Origin: Planctomycetota bacterium
Lineage (GTDB): Bacteria; Planctomycetota; UBA1135; GCA-002748355
Length of the DNA: 64,000 bases
Reading direction: 5' to 3'
Assembly: GCA_041398545.1 (NCBI GenBank)
Contig: JAWKUM010000016.1
Coordinates: 10,490-74,489 of the forward strand
Numbering within the stretch: position 1 is the stretch's first letter; each line of letters opens with the position of its first letter. The position numbers were made by a program, and so were the translations under genes. Below, piece after piece: positions 42,602 to 51,472 of this stretch. The notes below the pieces were generated by a model. That model was not told the origin of the DNA and searched no databases. It saw nothing but the letters and a program-made list of their open reading frames with translations.

Positions 42602-45600
42602 TCAGTCGCGGCGCTCGAGGGTGATGCGGACGGCGCGGCGGTCGGCGCCGGACAGGGTGACCTCGGCCTCGCCCTGCCAGTACTCGCTGCGGCGGTAGTC
42701 CCAGTGGTCGACCTCGACGTGGTAGCGCCCCTCGGGCAGAGAGGTGAGCTCGGTCGAGGCGCCATCGAACAGCCCGCCGCGGAGCGCGAGCGGCGCGCCG
42801 TCGTCGAGCGGCGTCAGGGCCAGGCGCAGCGGCGACGGGAGCCGCCCGGCGGCGACGACCTCGACGCGCAGGCGGGCCGGCCCCAGGTCGAGGTCGAGGT
42901 CGACCGTGGCTTCCTTCCCGGCCTCGACGACGAGGTCGCGGGCGAGGCGCGTGGCCGAGGCCTGGGCTCGCCGGTCGGGCCAGGACAGCCGCCAGCGCCC
43001 GTCGGGCACGGCCTCGAACGTGAACGCCCCGCCGGCGTCGGTCACGGCCTCGTACTCGAGGATCTCGACGCCGCGGACGCCGATGGCGCGCAGCTGCACC
43101 GGCACGCGGGCGGCGGCGGCCTTGCCCGGGAGCAGGACCCGGCCCGTGACCGAGCCGGCGCGCGCGAGCCGCAGCACGAGCTCGTCGCCGGCGACCGGCC
43201 GGCACGGCCCGTGGATCCGCCGGCCGACGGCGGGGTGCTCGACGAGCACGTACCAGTCCTCGTCGCCGACGCCGTCGAAGCGGACCCGGCCGCGCTCGTC
43301 CGCGGTCGCGAAGCCGCTGCCCCAGGGCTTCTCGTGGCGTGACAGGCGCAGCGGCTGATAGGCCGCGAAGCGGCGCACGCGCGCGCCCGCGAGGGGCCTC
43401 CCGTCGGCCTCCGCGACGAGCCGCAGCACGGCGTGCCCGGCCTCGCGGAGCTCGACGACGAGCTCGGCCGGCTCGACCTCGCAGCGGTGCCGCGCGATCC
43501 GCGCCGGCGCATACCCCTCGGCGGTGACGAGCAGGCCGACGACGCTGCCGGCGCGCAGCGCCTCGTCGCCGCTCGTGAACCGCCCCTCGTCGTCCTGGAC
43601 GCGCAGCCCCTCCTCGACCCACTGCGACCACAGGCCGGCGGCGGCGACCTCGCCGGGCCGGAGCTCGGGGTCGAGGACGCGGACGCGGAAGTCGCGGACA
43701 GCCGCCCCGGTCGCGGCGTCGACGACGCGGCCGCGGAAGCCGGCGCGGCGCGCGAGCACGAGCTCGACGTCGGCCCGGCCCGAGGTCGCGTAGACGCCGT
43801 CGGCGTCGCAGTAGCCCTCCTTGGACCCGCGCAGGAGGACGCGGCCGGTGGGGACGCGGTCGACCGCGAACGCGCCGTCGGCCCCGGTCGGCCAGGTCCG
43901 GCGCACGGAGACCAGGCCGACGTCGTAGCCGACGCTCGCGCCCTCGACCGGCCGGCCGAGCTCGTCGACGACCCGGCCGCGGATCATGCCGCTGCGCGAG
44001 AGCTCGACGCGGAGCTCCGCGCCGGCGGCGCGCGCGGCGTCGAGCCGCGTGAACCACGGTGCGAACCCGCCCTCGGCGTCGTCGAAGCGCTGGACGAGGA
44101 CCTCGAGCTCGCCGGGCGGCAGCCGGTGCAGCTCGAAGCGCCCGTCCTCGCCGGAGCCGGCGGCCCACTCGACCGAATTGCTCAGCGCCGGCGCGACCAT
44201 GATCCACGCCCCGGGGACGGGGCGGTCGAGGGCGTCGACGACGCGGCCGCGCAGCACGAGGCCGCGCTCGAGCCGGAGCTCGAGGCCGTCGCGCGCCTGG
44301 CCCTGGCGCCAGACCAGGAGGCCGGGCTGCAGGTCGGGGGCCGAGGCGCGCAGCCGCAGGACCTCGGCCGCCGGGTCGAGGCCTCGGAGCACGAAGCCGC
44401 CGTCCTCGCCGCAGGGCTCCTGCCCGCCACCCCTGGGCGACGCCGTGACCATGGCCCCGGGCACCGGTGCGCCGTCCTCGTCGACGACGCGCCCGGACAC
44501 CGCGAAGCCGCGGTGGAGCACGAAGTCGAGCTCGACCCGGAGCCGCCCGACCGGGACCTCGACGACCTCCTCGACCCAGGCCATGTCCTCGGCCTGCACC
44601 CACAGGACCTTGTCGCCGAAGCTCCGCCCGAGGACGAGCTCGTAGCGGCCGTCGTCGGCGGTCTCGACGGCCGGGTATTCGGGGTCGGTGGCCGAGGACA
44701 CCCGCGCCCCGGCCAGCGGCCGGCGCTGCTCGTCGGTCACGCGGCCGCTGATCGTGACGATGCGCCGCGCCGCGCCCTCGGGCCGCAGCTCGGTCCGGCC
44801 GGCCGCGTCGCCGCGGTCCGCCGGACCCCCCTGGCCGGGGTCCGCGACCCCGCCGGGCGCGGTCTCGCCGTCCCGGTGCGCGGCGAGGGCGGTGACGCCG
44901 TCGACCTCGGGCGTCGCCGGGGGGGCATCGCCGGGGGCGAGGAGGCTCGTGCCCCAGAGCAGCAGGGCGGCGACGGCGCCGCCGCCGAGGAGGAGCTTGA
45001 GGGGGATCGACATCAGGCTGGCTCCGAGCGTCGCGAGCAGGCCGGTGGTCGCGGCGGGGCGCAGCACGGCGAGCGGCGCGAGGCCGGCGAGCCAGGCCCG
45101 GCGGTCGCCGCCGTGCCGCTCGTCGAGCCGCGTCCGCAGGGCCTCGAGGGCCCGGCGGACCCGCGTGCGCACCGTCGCGACCGGGACCTCGAGCCGGCTC
45201 GCGATCTCGCGCGGCGGGAGGCCCTCGTAGAAGCGGAGCAGCACGACCTCGCGGTACGGTCCGTCGAGCGCGGCGACGGCGTCGGCCACGACGCGGACGA
45301 GCTCGAGCCGGGCGACCGCGTCGGCGGTCGCGGGCAGGGCCTCGGGGCCGCGCGGCCCGGCGCTCGCGCCGGGCGCGGCGCGCCTCGCCGCGGCGTCGCT
45401 CGCGGCCGAGGTTGCGGGCGACGCCGGCCAGCCACGCGCGCAGCGGCGCGCCGGCCGGCGGCGGCCGGTCGAGCGCGCGCACCCAGGCCTCCTGGACCAG
45501 GTCGTCCTCGTCGCCGTGGACGAGGCTCCGGGCCAGGCCCCGGAGGAACGTCCCCTGGGCCAGGAGGTCGGCGGCGTCGAGGCTTCGTGGCATCTCGTCC

Positions 45601-45602
45601 AT
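42602..45602 (-). pseudogene. ECF sigma factor fused through a TM helix to at least seven carboxypeptidase-regulatory-like repeats; one frameshift as assembled
   Basis: Region 2 lies in the frame of ORF 42570-45827 from ATG 45602 (MDEMPRSL…DLVQEAWVRAL…ARNLGRERRR). Region 4 onward lies in ORF 42602-45289 (LDGPYREVVLLRFYEGLPPREIASRLEVPVATVRTRVRRALEALR). Then come the TM helix LKLLLGGGAVAALLLWGTSLL and repeats of the type SGRVVDEDGAPVPGAMV. The frame switch is near 45365-45385. Confidence 0.7.
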
Positions 45603-45750
45603 CGTGCTGCTGCCGGTCCATGGCCGCCACCGGCCGAAGCGATTCAGGGAATCCCCGGAATCCACCGATACCACCTCAGCGCCGCGCCGGGGACAGGGGT
45701 CACGGGGACGGTCCGGGTCGCGGGCGCAGGTCCTCCTCGGGGAGTTTCCG

Positions 45751-46988
45751 ATGGACGTGACGATGGAGATCCTGCTGCGCGAGATGGTCGCGCAGGGCGC
45801 CTCGGACCTGCACCTCAGGCCGGGCAACTACCCGGGGTTCCGCATCGACGGCCACGTCCGGGCCCAGCAGCAGTTCGGCAAGCTCTCGCCCGACTGCACC
45901 CAGCGGCTGGCCTACGAGATCCTGACCGACCGGCAGAAGGACGAGTTCGAGGAGCAGTGGGACCTCGACTTCAGCCACGCCCTGCCGGGGATCGCGCGGT
46001 TCCGCTTCAACCTGCACAAGCAGCGCAACTCGGTGGCCGTCGTCGCCCGGACGATCCCGGACCGGGTCCCGACGGCCTCGACGCTCGGCCTCCCCGAGGT
46101 CTGCCTCGAGCTCGCGCGCCAGCCGCGCGGCCTCGTCCTCGTGACCGGCGCGACCGGCAGCGGCAAGTCGACGACGCTGGCCGCGATGATCGACCACATC
46201 AACGAGACGATGCTCGGGCACATCCTCACGATGGAGGACCCGATCGAGTTCATCCACCCCGACAAGCAGTGCTTCGTCACGCAGCGGCAGGTCGGGCGGG
46301 ACACGCGCAGCTTCGCCGAGGCCCTGCGCCGGGCCCTGCGCCAGGACCCGGACGTGATCCTGATCGGCGAGATGCGCGACCTCGAGACGATCTCGCTGGC
46401 GATCACGGCCGCCGAGACCGGCCACCTCGTGCTCGGCACGCTCCACACGACGTCGGCGATCTCCACGGTCGACCGCATCCTGGACGCCTTCCCGCACGAG
46501 CAGCAGGCCCAGGTCCGGGTCCATGCTCTCCGGCACGCTCCGGGGATCGTCTCGCAGTGCCTCGTGCCCAAGATCGGCGGCGGCCGCGTCGCGGCCCAGG
46601 AGATCCTCGTCGCGACCGACGCGGTCCGCTCGCTCGTCCGCGAGGGCAAGACCGCGCAGATGCTCAACCTGCTGCAGACCGGGGCAGCGCCAGGGCATGT
46701 GCACGCTGGAGATGAAGCTCATCGACCTCGTCAACAGCGGCAAGATCACGCTCGACGACGCCATGGCCAAGGCCAACCGCCCCGACGAGGTCGCCAAGCA
46801 GGCCCGGCCGGGCGCGACCCGCGCGGCCGCGCAGCCGGCCGCCCAGCCGGCCGCCCGCCCCAGCGCCGCAGCCCGCGGCGGCCCAGCCGGCGCCCGCGCA
46901 GGCCAACCGCCCGCGCCTCGGCCGCTCGCGCGCCGACGACGACCTCAACGGCCTCGACGACATCTTCGCCGGGCTCAAGAAGGGCTGA
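45751..46988 (+). pseudogene. pilT: type IV pilus twitching motility ATPase PilT with low-complexity C-terminal tail, multiply frameshifted as assembled
   Basis: From ATG 45751: ASDLHL, LVTGATGSGKSTTLAA, ILTMEDPIEF, LRQDPDVILIGEMRD, ETGHLVLGTLHT. Frame switches are near 46518, 46545 and 46685 (QAQVRV|MLSGTLRG|IVSQCLVPK…LLQTG|QRQGMCTLEMKLIDLV…) and within the AAQP-repeat tail. The final frame ends DDDLNGLDDIFAGLKKG* at 46986-46988. Confidence 0.8.
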
Positions 46989-46995
46989 GCCGGCC

Positions 46996-49173
46996 TCAGC
47001 GGTCGCGGAACAGGGCGAAGCAGCGCGCGGCGGCGTCGACCTCGCGCTTGGACCGCCCGTCGCCGCGGCCGTCGAGCTGCGCGCCGTCCTTGCCGCGGCG
47101 GTAGGTGTCCGTGCCTCCGCCGAGGTCGAGGAGCAGGGCGACCGAGTCGGTGAGGCCGTTCTGCGGGGCGAGGAGCCGGGGCTCGGCGTAGTCGGGCCGG
47201 CGGTCGCACCAGCCGACGCCGTTGGCCCGGCCGAGCGTGTAGCGGTCGTCCCCGCCGAGGTCGAGCAGGAAGGCGTTGCTGCGGATCTGGCTGCAGCCGA
47301 GCGCGATCCGGTCGGCCGCGTAGACGTCGTCGCCGGCGGCGTCGAGCAGCAGGCCGACGACGAAGTCCCAGCCGTAGCCGAGCGCCGCGCCGGCCGTGCC
47401 GACGAGCTCGTGGACGTCGTTCCCGGCCTCGTCGACGATCGCGCCGATCGCGAAGTGGGCGCCCGAGGCCTGCGTGAAGTAGCAGCTCTCGTAGCGATCG
47501 TCGCCGCCGCCGTCCCACACGAGCCCGGTGCCGAACCAGTAGCCGATGCCGAGCGACCAGTTGCCCGAGCGGTAGGTGTCGTCGCCGGCGGCGTCGAGCA
47601 GCATGCCCAGCCCGCCGGCGTAGCTGTGCCCGTCGCTGCCGTCGCCGCGCCGGCCGGCGCCCGCGCCCTGGACGTTGTTGGCCGCGACCTCGTGCTGGCT
47701 GTGGTAGTCGGCGCGCCCGGCCTTGGCGGCGTCGGGCTCCGCGTAGTAGAGGTCGTCGCCCCCGGCGTCGGCGAGCACGCCGACGCCCCCGAGCGCGCCG
47801 AAGCCCTGGCCCTCGGCGAGGAGGCGGTACTCGTCCTTGCCGGCCCCGTCGAGGCAGAGCCCGAGGCCGATGAAGCCGGCGCCCTGGGCCGAGTCGCGCG
47901 CCGTGTAGTGGTCGTCGCCCGCGCGGTCGAGGAGGAGCCCGACGCCGAGCTGGCCCATGCCCTGGCCGGCGCCGTCGCTCTCGTAGCGGTCGTCGCCGCC
48001 GCCGTCGAGCAGCATGCCGACGCCGAGCACGCCGGCGCCCTGGCTGCGGACGAGCGGCTCGCCGTTGGCGTAGTGGTCGTCGCCCGCGAGGTCGAGGGCC
48101 AGGGACAGCTCCTGGTCGGGCCCGTTGGCCGCGACCCGCCCGACCCACTCGTCGTCGCCGCCGAGGTCGACGATGAGGAACGGCCTCTCGTAGGCGTGCC
48201 GGTGCGCGGCCGTGCCGCAGAGCCGGACCGTGCCGAACGGGCCCTCCCAGCGCAGGTCGATGGCCTCGCGCTCGGCGGCCGGGACCCCGGCGAGGGCCGT
48301 GCCGAGCTCGTGCTCGGCGAGCTCGAGGGCCTCCGCGGCCTGCACGGCCGCGTAGCACAGCGACCGCAGGTCGAGCAGGTCCCAGGCGTCCTCGAGCTCG
48401 GGGTAGAACAGGTTGCCGTCGCCCTGGGTCTCGCCGAGGTGGTGGATCAGGTGGACCTTGGCGCGCAGCTCGGCGGGGACGCGGCGCAGCGCGAGCGCGG
48501 CCCAGCGCCGGGCCGACAGGGCGTGCAGCACGAGCCGGGCCATCGGCGCGCGGAGCGCGGCCGGGACCCTGGCGACCTCGCGCTCGAGCGCGGCGCGGGG
48601 CCTGGGGAAGTCGGCCTCGTTGCCGAACGACACGAGCCGCGTCGGCCGGCCGCCGGCGCGCTCCATCGCCAGCAGGGCCTCGAGCAGGGGGTGCTCGGCG
48701 TCGAGCTCGGCGACGAGGTTGGCGCTGTACGGCCGGAAGCCCGAGACGCGCGGGTCGATCGCGAGCCAGTAGAGCAGCTTGCGCAGGCGGTCGCCGGGCT
48801 GCTTGGCGCGCTCCTCCGCGGACAGCGGCGGCAGGTACTGCCTGACGGCCTCGGCCTTGCCGCGGACGTAGGCCGGCAGGGCCAGGGGCTTGGCGAACAG
48901 GGCCTCGAACTGCGGGAGCAGGAACGGCAGCTCCCGCGCGCGCGGGAAGCTGGCCCACCAGGCCTCGGGCCGGTAGCCGAGCCGCTCGCGCCCGATGCCG
49001 AGCTCGGCGAGCGCGGCGTCGAGCTCGGCCTCGAGGTCGACGCCGGGCGGGGCGCCCGCCGCGCCCGCGGGCGGCATCCCGGCCGCGTCCTGCGGGGGCA
49101 CCGGGGCGACGGGGCCGCCGGACACGACGGCGACCAGGACCAGCAGGATGACCGGCGCGAGCGCGAGCCGCAT
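46996..49173 (-). CDS. secreted repeat protein with twelve h-h-D-x-x-G-D-D-x-Y units
   Basis: 725-aa ORF with signal peptide MRLALAPVILLVLVAVVSG. An N-terminal ~330-aa domain of unknown family is followed by VDLGGDDEW, LDLAGDDHY, LLDGGGDDRY, LLDRAGDDHY, CLDGAGKDEY, LADAGGDDLY, LLDAAGDDTY, VWDGGGDDRY, IVDEAGNDVH, LLDAAGDDVY, LLDLGGDDRY and LLDLGGGTDTY, mostly separated by QG.G..G.G segments. Confidence 0.8.
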   Translation of the reverse strand: MRLALAPVILLVLVAVVSGGPVAPVPPQDAAGMPPAGAAGAPPGVDLEAELDAALAELGIGRERLGYRPEAWWASFPRARELPFLLPQFEALFAKPLALPAYVRGKAEAVRQYLPPLSAEERAKQPGDRLRKLLYWLAIDPRVSGFRPYSANLVAELDAEHPLLEALLAMERAGGRPTRLVSFGNEADFPRPRAALEREVARVPAALRAPMARLVLHALSARRWAALALRRVPAELRAKVHLIHHLGETQGDGNLFYPELEDAWDLLDLRSLCYAAVQAAEALELAEHELGTALAGVPAAEREAIDLRWEGPFGTVRLCGTAAHRHAYERPFLIVDLGGDDEWVGRVAANGPDQELSLALDLAGDDHYANGEPLVRSQGAGVLGVGMLLDGGGDDRYESDGAGQGMGQLGVGLLLDRAGDDHYTARDSAQGAGFIGLGLCLDGAGKDEYRLLAEGQGFGALGGVGVLADAGGDDLYYAEPDAAKAGRADYHSQHEVAANNVQGAGAGRRGDGSDGHSYAGGLGMLLDAAGDDTYRSGNWSLGIGYWFGTGLVWDGGGDDRYESCYFTQASGAHFAIGAIVDEAGNDVHELVGTAGAALGYGWDFVVGLLLDAAGDDVYAADRIALGCSQIRSNAFLLDLGGDDRYTLGRANGVGWCDRRPDYAEPRLLAPQNGLTDSVALLLDLGGGTDTYRRGKDGAQLDGRGDGRSKREVDAAARCFALFRDR

Positions 49174-49179
49174 GGGGGC

Positions 49180-49386
49180 TCAGACGCCGAGGTCGTAGAG
49201 CTGGCCGGGGTCCATGTCGAGGCCGTTGGCGACCTGCCACAGGCAGGCCAGGGCCTTCTTGGCGTTGCGCTCCTCGTAGGGAGCGAGCTCGCCGCCGTGC
49301 TCACGCAGGACCGCGAGCAGCTTATCGTAGACCTCGACGAGGGCCTGCTGGGGCGCGCCGAGCTCCTGTCCGTAGGTGTCCTTCAT
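49180..49386 (-). CDS. small hypothetical protein (68 aa)
   Basis: ORF MKDTYGQELGAPQQALVEVYDKLLAVLREHGGELAPYEERNAKKALACLWQVANGLDMDPGQLYDLGV. It sits 16 nt after the ligase gene and 6 nt before the repeat-protein gene. Family not recognised. Confidence 0.6.
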   Translation of the reverse strand: MKDTYGQELGAPQQALVEVYDKLLAVLREHGGELAPYEERNAKKALACLWQVANGLDMDPGQLYDLGV

Positions 49387-49402
49387 CGCGTCCTCCTCTC
49401 CC

Positions 49403-50761
49403 TCATCCGTTGCGCTTCTCGCCGTGACCGCCGATGACGACGCGGTCGTCCTGCACGCGTTTGGCCTTGAGCTCGAAGCGCGGCAGCGAGCCGACCTCGA
49501 CCTCCTTGACGTCGATGCGCAGGCCCTCGTGGGCCTCGGCCAGGTCGGCCCCGAGCCGGGCGAGCAGCGCCGCCCGGTCGGCCGGCGCGCCGGGTAGCTC
49601 GACCAGGACCTCGATCTCGTCGCGGATCCCGTCGGCCGTGTAGAGCCGGATCCGGAACTCGTCGACGGCCGGGAACTCGCGCACGATGGCCTCGATCGCC
49701 CGCGGGTAGACGTTGGTCCCGCGGACGAGCTTCATGTCGTCGACGCGCCCGCGGATGCCGCCGTCGTAGACGTCCCAGCTGCGGCCGCAGGAGCAGCTGC
49801 TGCCCGGGACGCGGACGACGTAGTCGCGGGAGCGGTAGCGGACCAGCGGCAGGAAGCCGCGGCCGAAGCTCGTCACGACGCGCTCGCCCAGCTCGCCGTA
49901 GCCGACCGGCTCGCCGCTGTCGGGGTCGAGGACCTCCTCGATGAAGTGGTCCTCGATGATGTGCGCGCCGCCGGGCTGGTGGTCGCACTCGAACATCATG
50001 ATCGTGCCGATCTCGGTCATGCCGGCCGTGTCGCCGGCCTTGGCGCCCCACTGCTCCTCGATGAGCTTCTTGGTCGCGGGGATCGAGCCGGCCGGCTCGC
50101 CCGACAGGATGAGGCGCTCGACCGGCCCGTCGGCCAGGTCGAGGCCGAGGGTCTGCGCCTCCTGGGCCATGCGCAGGGCGTAGGTCGGCGTCGAGCAGAC
50201 GACCGTGGCCTTCATGTCGAAGATCTGGTTGACGCGCGCGGCCGTCGTCATGTTGCCGCCGGGCAGCACGAGGCAGCCGAGCTTCTCGCAGCAGTAGTGC
50301 GCGCCCCAGAAGCCGACGAAGGTCCCGTAGCTGAACGCGAAGAAGACCGTGTCGCGCGGGCGGACGCCGAAGCCCCAGAAGCCGTAGCACCAGGCCTCGG
50401 CGATCCACTCCCAGTCCTTCATGCCGTCGAGGACGCGGATCGGCGTGCGGCCGGTCGTGCCCGACGTCATGTGGTAGCGGATCGCGGCCTCGGGCTCGAC
50501 GGCGAGGAACGGGCCCCAGGGCGGCTGGTCGTGCTGCTGCTCCATCCACTCGTCCCGGGTCATGAACGGGATCCGCCGGAGGTCGTCCATCGTCCGGATG
50601 TCGTCCGGCGCGACCTTGGCGGCCCGCAGGCGGTCGCGGTGGAACGGGACCCTCTCGCTGGCCCAGGCGAGGTGGCGGCGCAGCTTGTGGAGCTGCAGCG
50701 CCGTCAGCTCCTCGCGGCTCATCGTCTCGTGACGGGGGTTCCAGTAGGGGGACTGGGCCAT
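49403..50761 (-). CDS. phenylacetate-CoA ligase family (PaaK/CapK/F390-synthetase-like) adenylate-forming enzyme
   Basis: 452-aa tail of ORF 49403-50842 from ATG 50761: YWNPRHETMSREELTALQLHKLR, MTSGTTGRP, STPTYALRMA, LSGEPAG, KLVRGTNVYP. Confidence 0.85.
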   Translation of the reverse strand: MAQSPYWNPRHETMSREELTALQLHKLRRHLAWASERVPFHRDRLRAAKVAPDDIRTMDDLRRIPFMTRDEWMEQQHDQPPWGPFLAVEPEAAIRYHMTSGTTGRTPIRVLDGMKDWEWIAEAWCYGFWGFGVRPRDTVFFAFSYGTFVGFWGAHYCCEKLGCLVLPGGNMTTAARVNQIFDMKATVVCSTPTYALRMAQEAQTLGLDLADGPVERLILSGEPAGSIPATKKLIEEQWGAKAGDTAGMTEIGTIMMFECDHQPGGAHIIEDHFIEEVLDPDSGEPVGYGELGERVVTSFGRGFLPLVRYRSRDYVVRVPGSSCSCGRSWDVYDGGIRGRVDDMKLVRGTNVYPRAIEAIVREFPAVDEFRIRLYTADGIRDEIEVLVELPGAPADRAALLARLGADLAEAHEGLRIDVKEVEVGSLPRFELKAKRVQDDRVVIGGHGEKRNG

Positions 50762-50842
50762 GCGCGGTCCTCCGGGAGGGGGGAGAGGGCGAGGCCGCGA
50801 TCCTAGGGCCCGCCCCGCCCGACCGGAAGCCGATGCCCCCAC

Positions 50843-51274
50843 TCAGTCGTCGGGGTCGAGCGTGTCGTCCTCGGGCACGACCGCGACGGCCATGACCTCG
50901 CACATGGCGTCCTCGTCGTAGAAGCCCCCGACCTCGAACAGGGCCATGGCCGGGTAGTGCTGGCCGAGGTGTCGGCGCCAGACCTCGCCGAGCTCCTTCA
51001 TGGCCGCGCGGTACGCCCGGCGGTCGGATACGAAGAGCTGCATCCAGACGAGGTGCGCGGGCTCGGCGCCGGCCTCGCGCAGGGCCGTGGCGAGGTTCCC
51101 GAGCGCGACGTCGAACTGGGCCAGGAAGCTGTCGCCGACGATCGCGCCGTCGTGGTCCTGCGGGGCCATGCCGCCGAACCAGATCGTCCGCCCGCGGGCC
51201 GGGATCACGACGTGCGAGAAGCCCTTGGCCGGCGCCAGCGAGTCGGGATTGAGCAGCTTGTGCGGAGTCGTCAT
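50843..51274 (-). CDS. RidA/YjgF family protein
   Basis: 143-aa tail of ORF 50843-52342 from ATG 51274: PAKGFSHVV…IWFGG…QFDVALGNLATAL…VWMQLFV…. Confidence 0.8.
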   Translation of the reverse strand: MTTPHKLLNPDSLAPAKGFSHVVIPARGRTIWFGGMAPQDHDGAIVGDSFLAQFDVALGNLATALREAGAEPAHLVWMQLFVSDRRAYRAAMKELGEVWRRHLGQHYPAMALFEVGGFYDEDAMCEVMAVAVVPEDDTLDPDD

Positions 51275-51472
51275 CACTTCCCCCGATCTCGGACTCCCGA
51301 GTCTTAGGTGTGCCCGGAATCTAGCGGCTCCGGGCGCCCGCGCCGGACCTGTTTCGGGCGGGGCCCGAGTTCCCGGGAAACCGGTCCGGGTTCCCCCTTG
51401 CCCCGTCGCCGGGTCGGTCCCGACGATGCCCCTCCCGCGGCCGTGCCGGCGCGGGGCGCACCACCCACGAAC

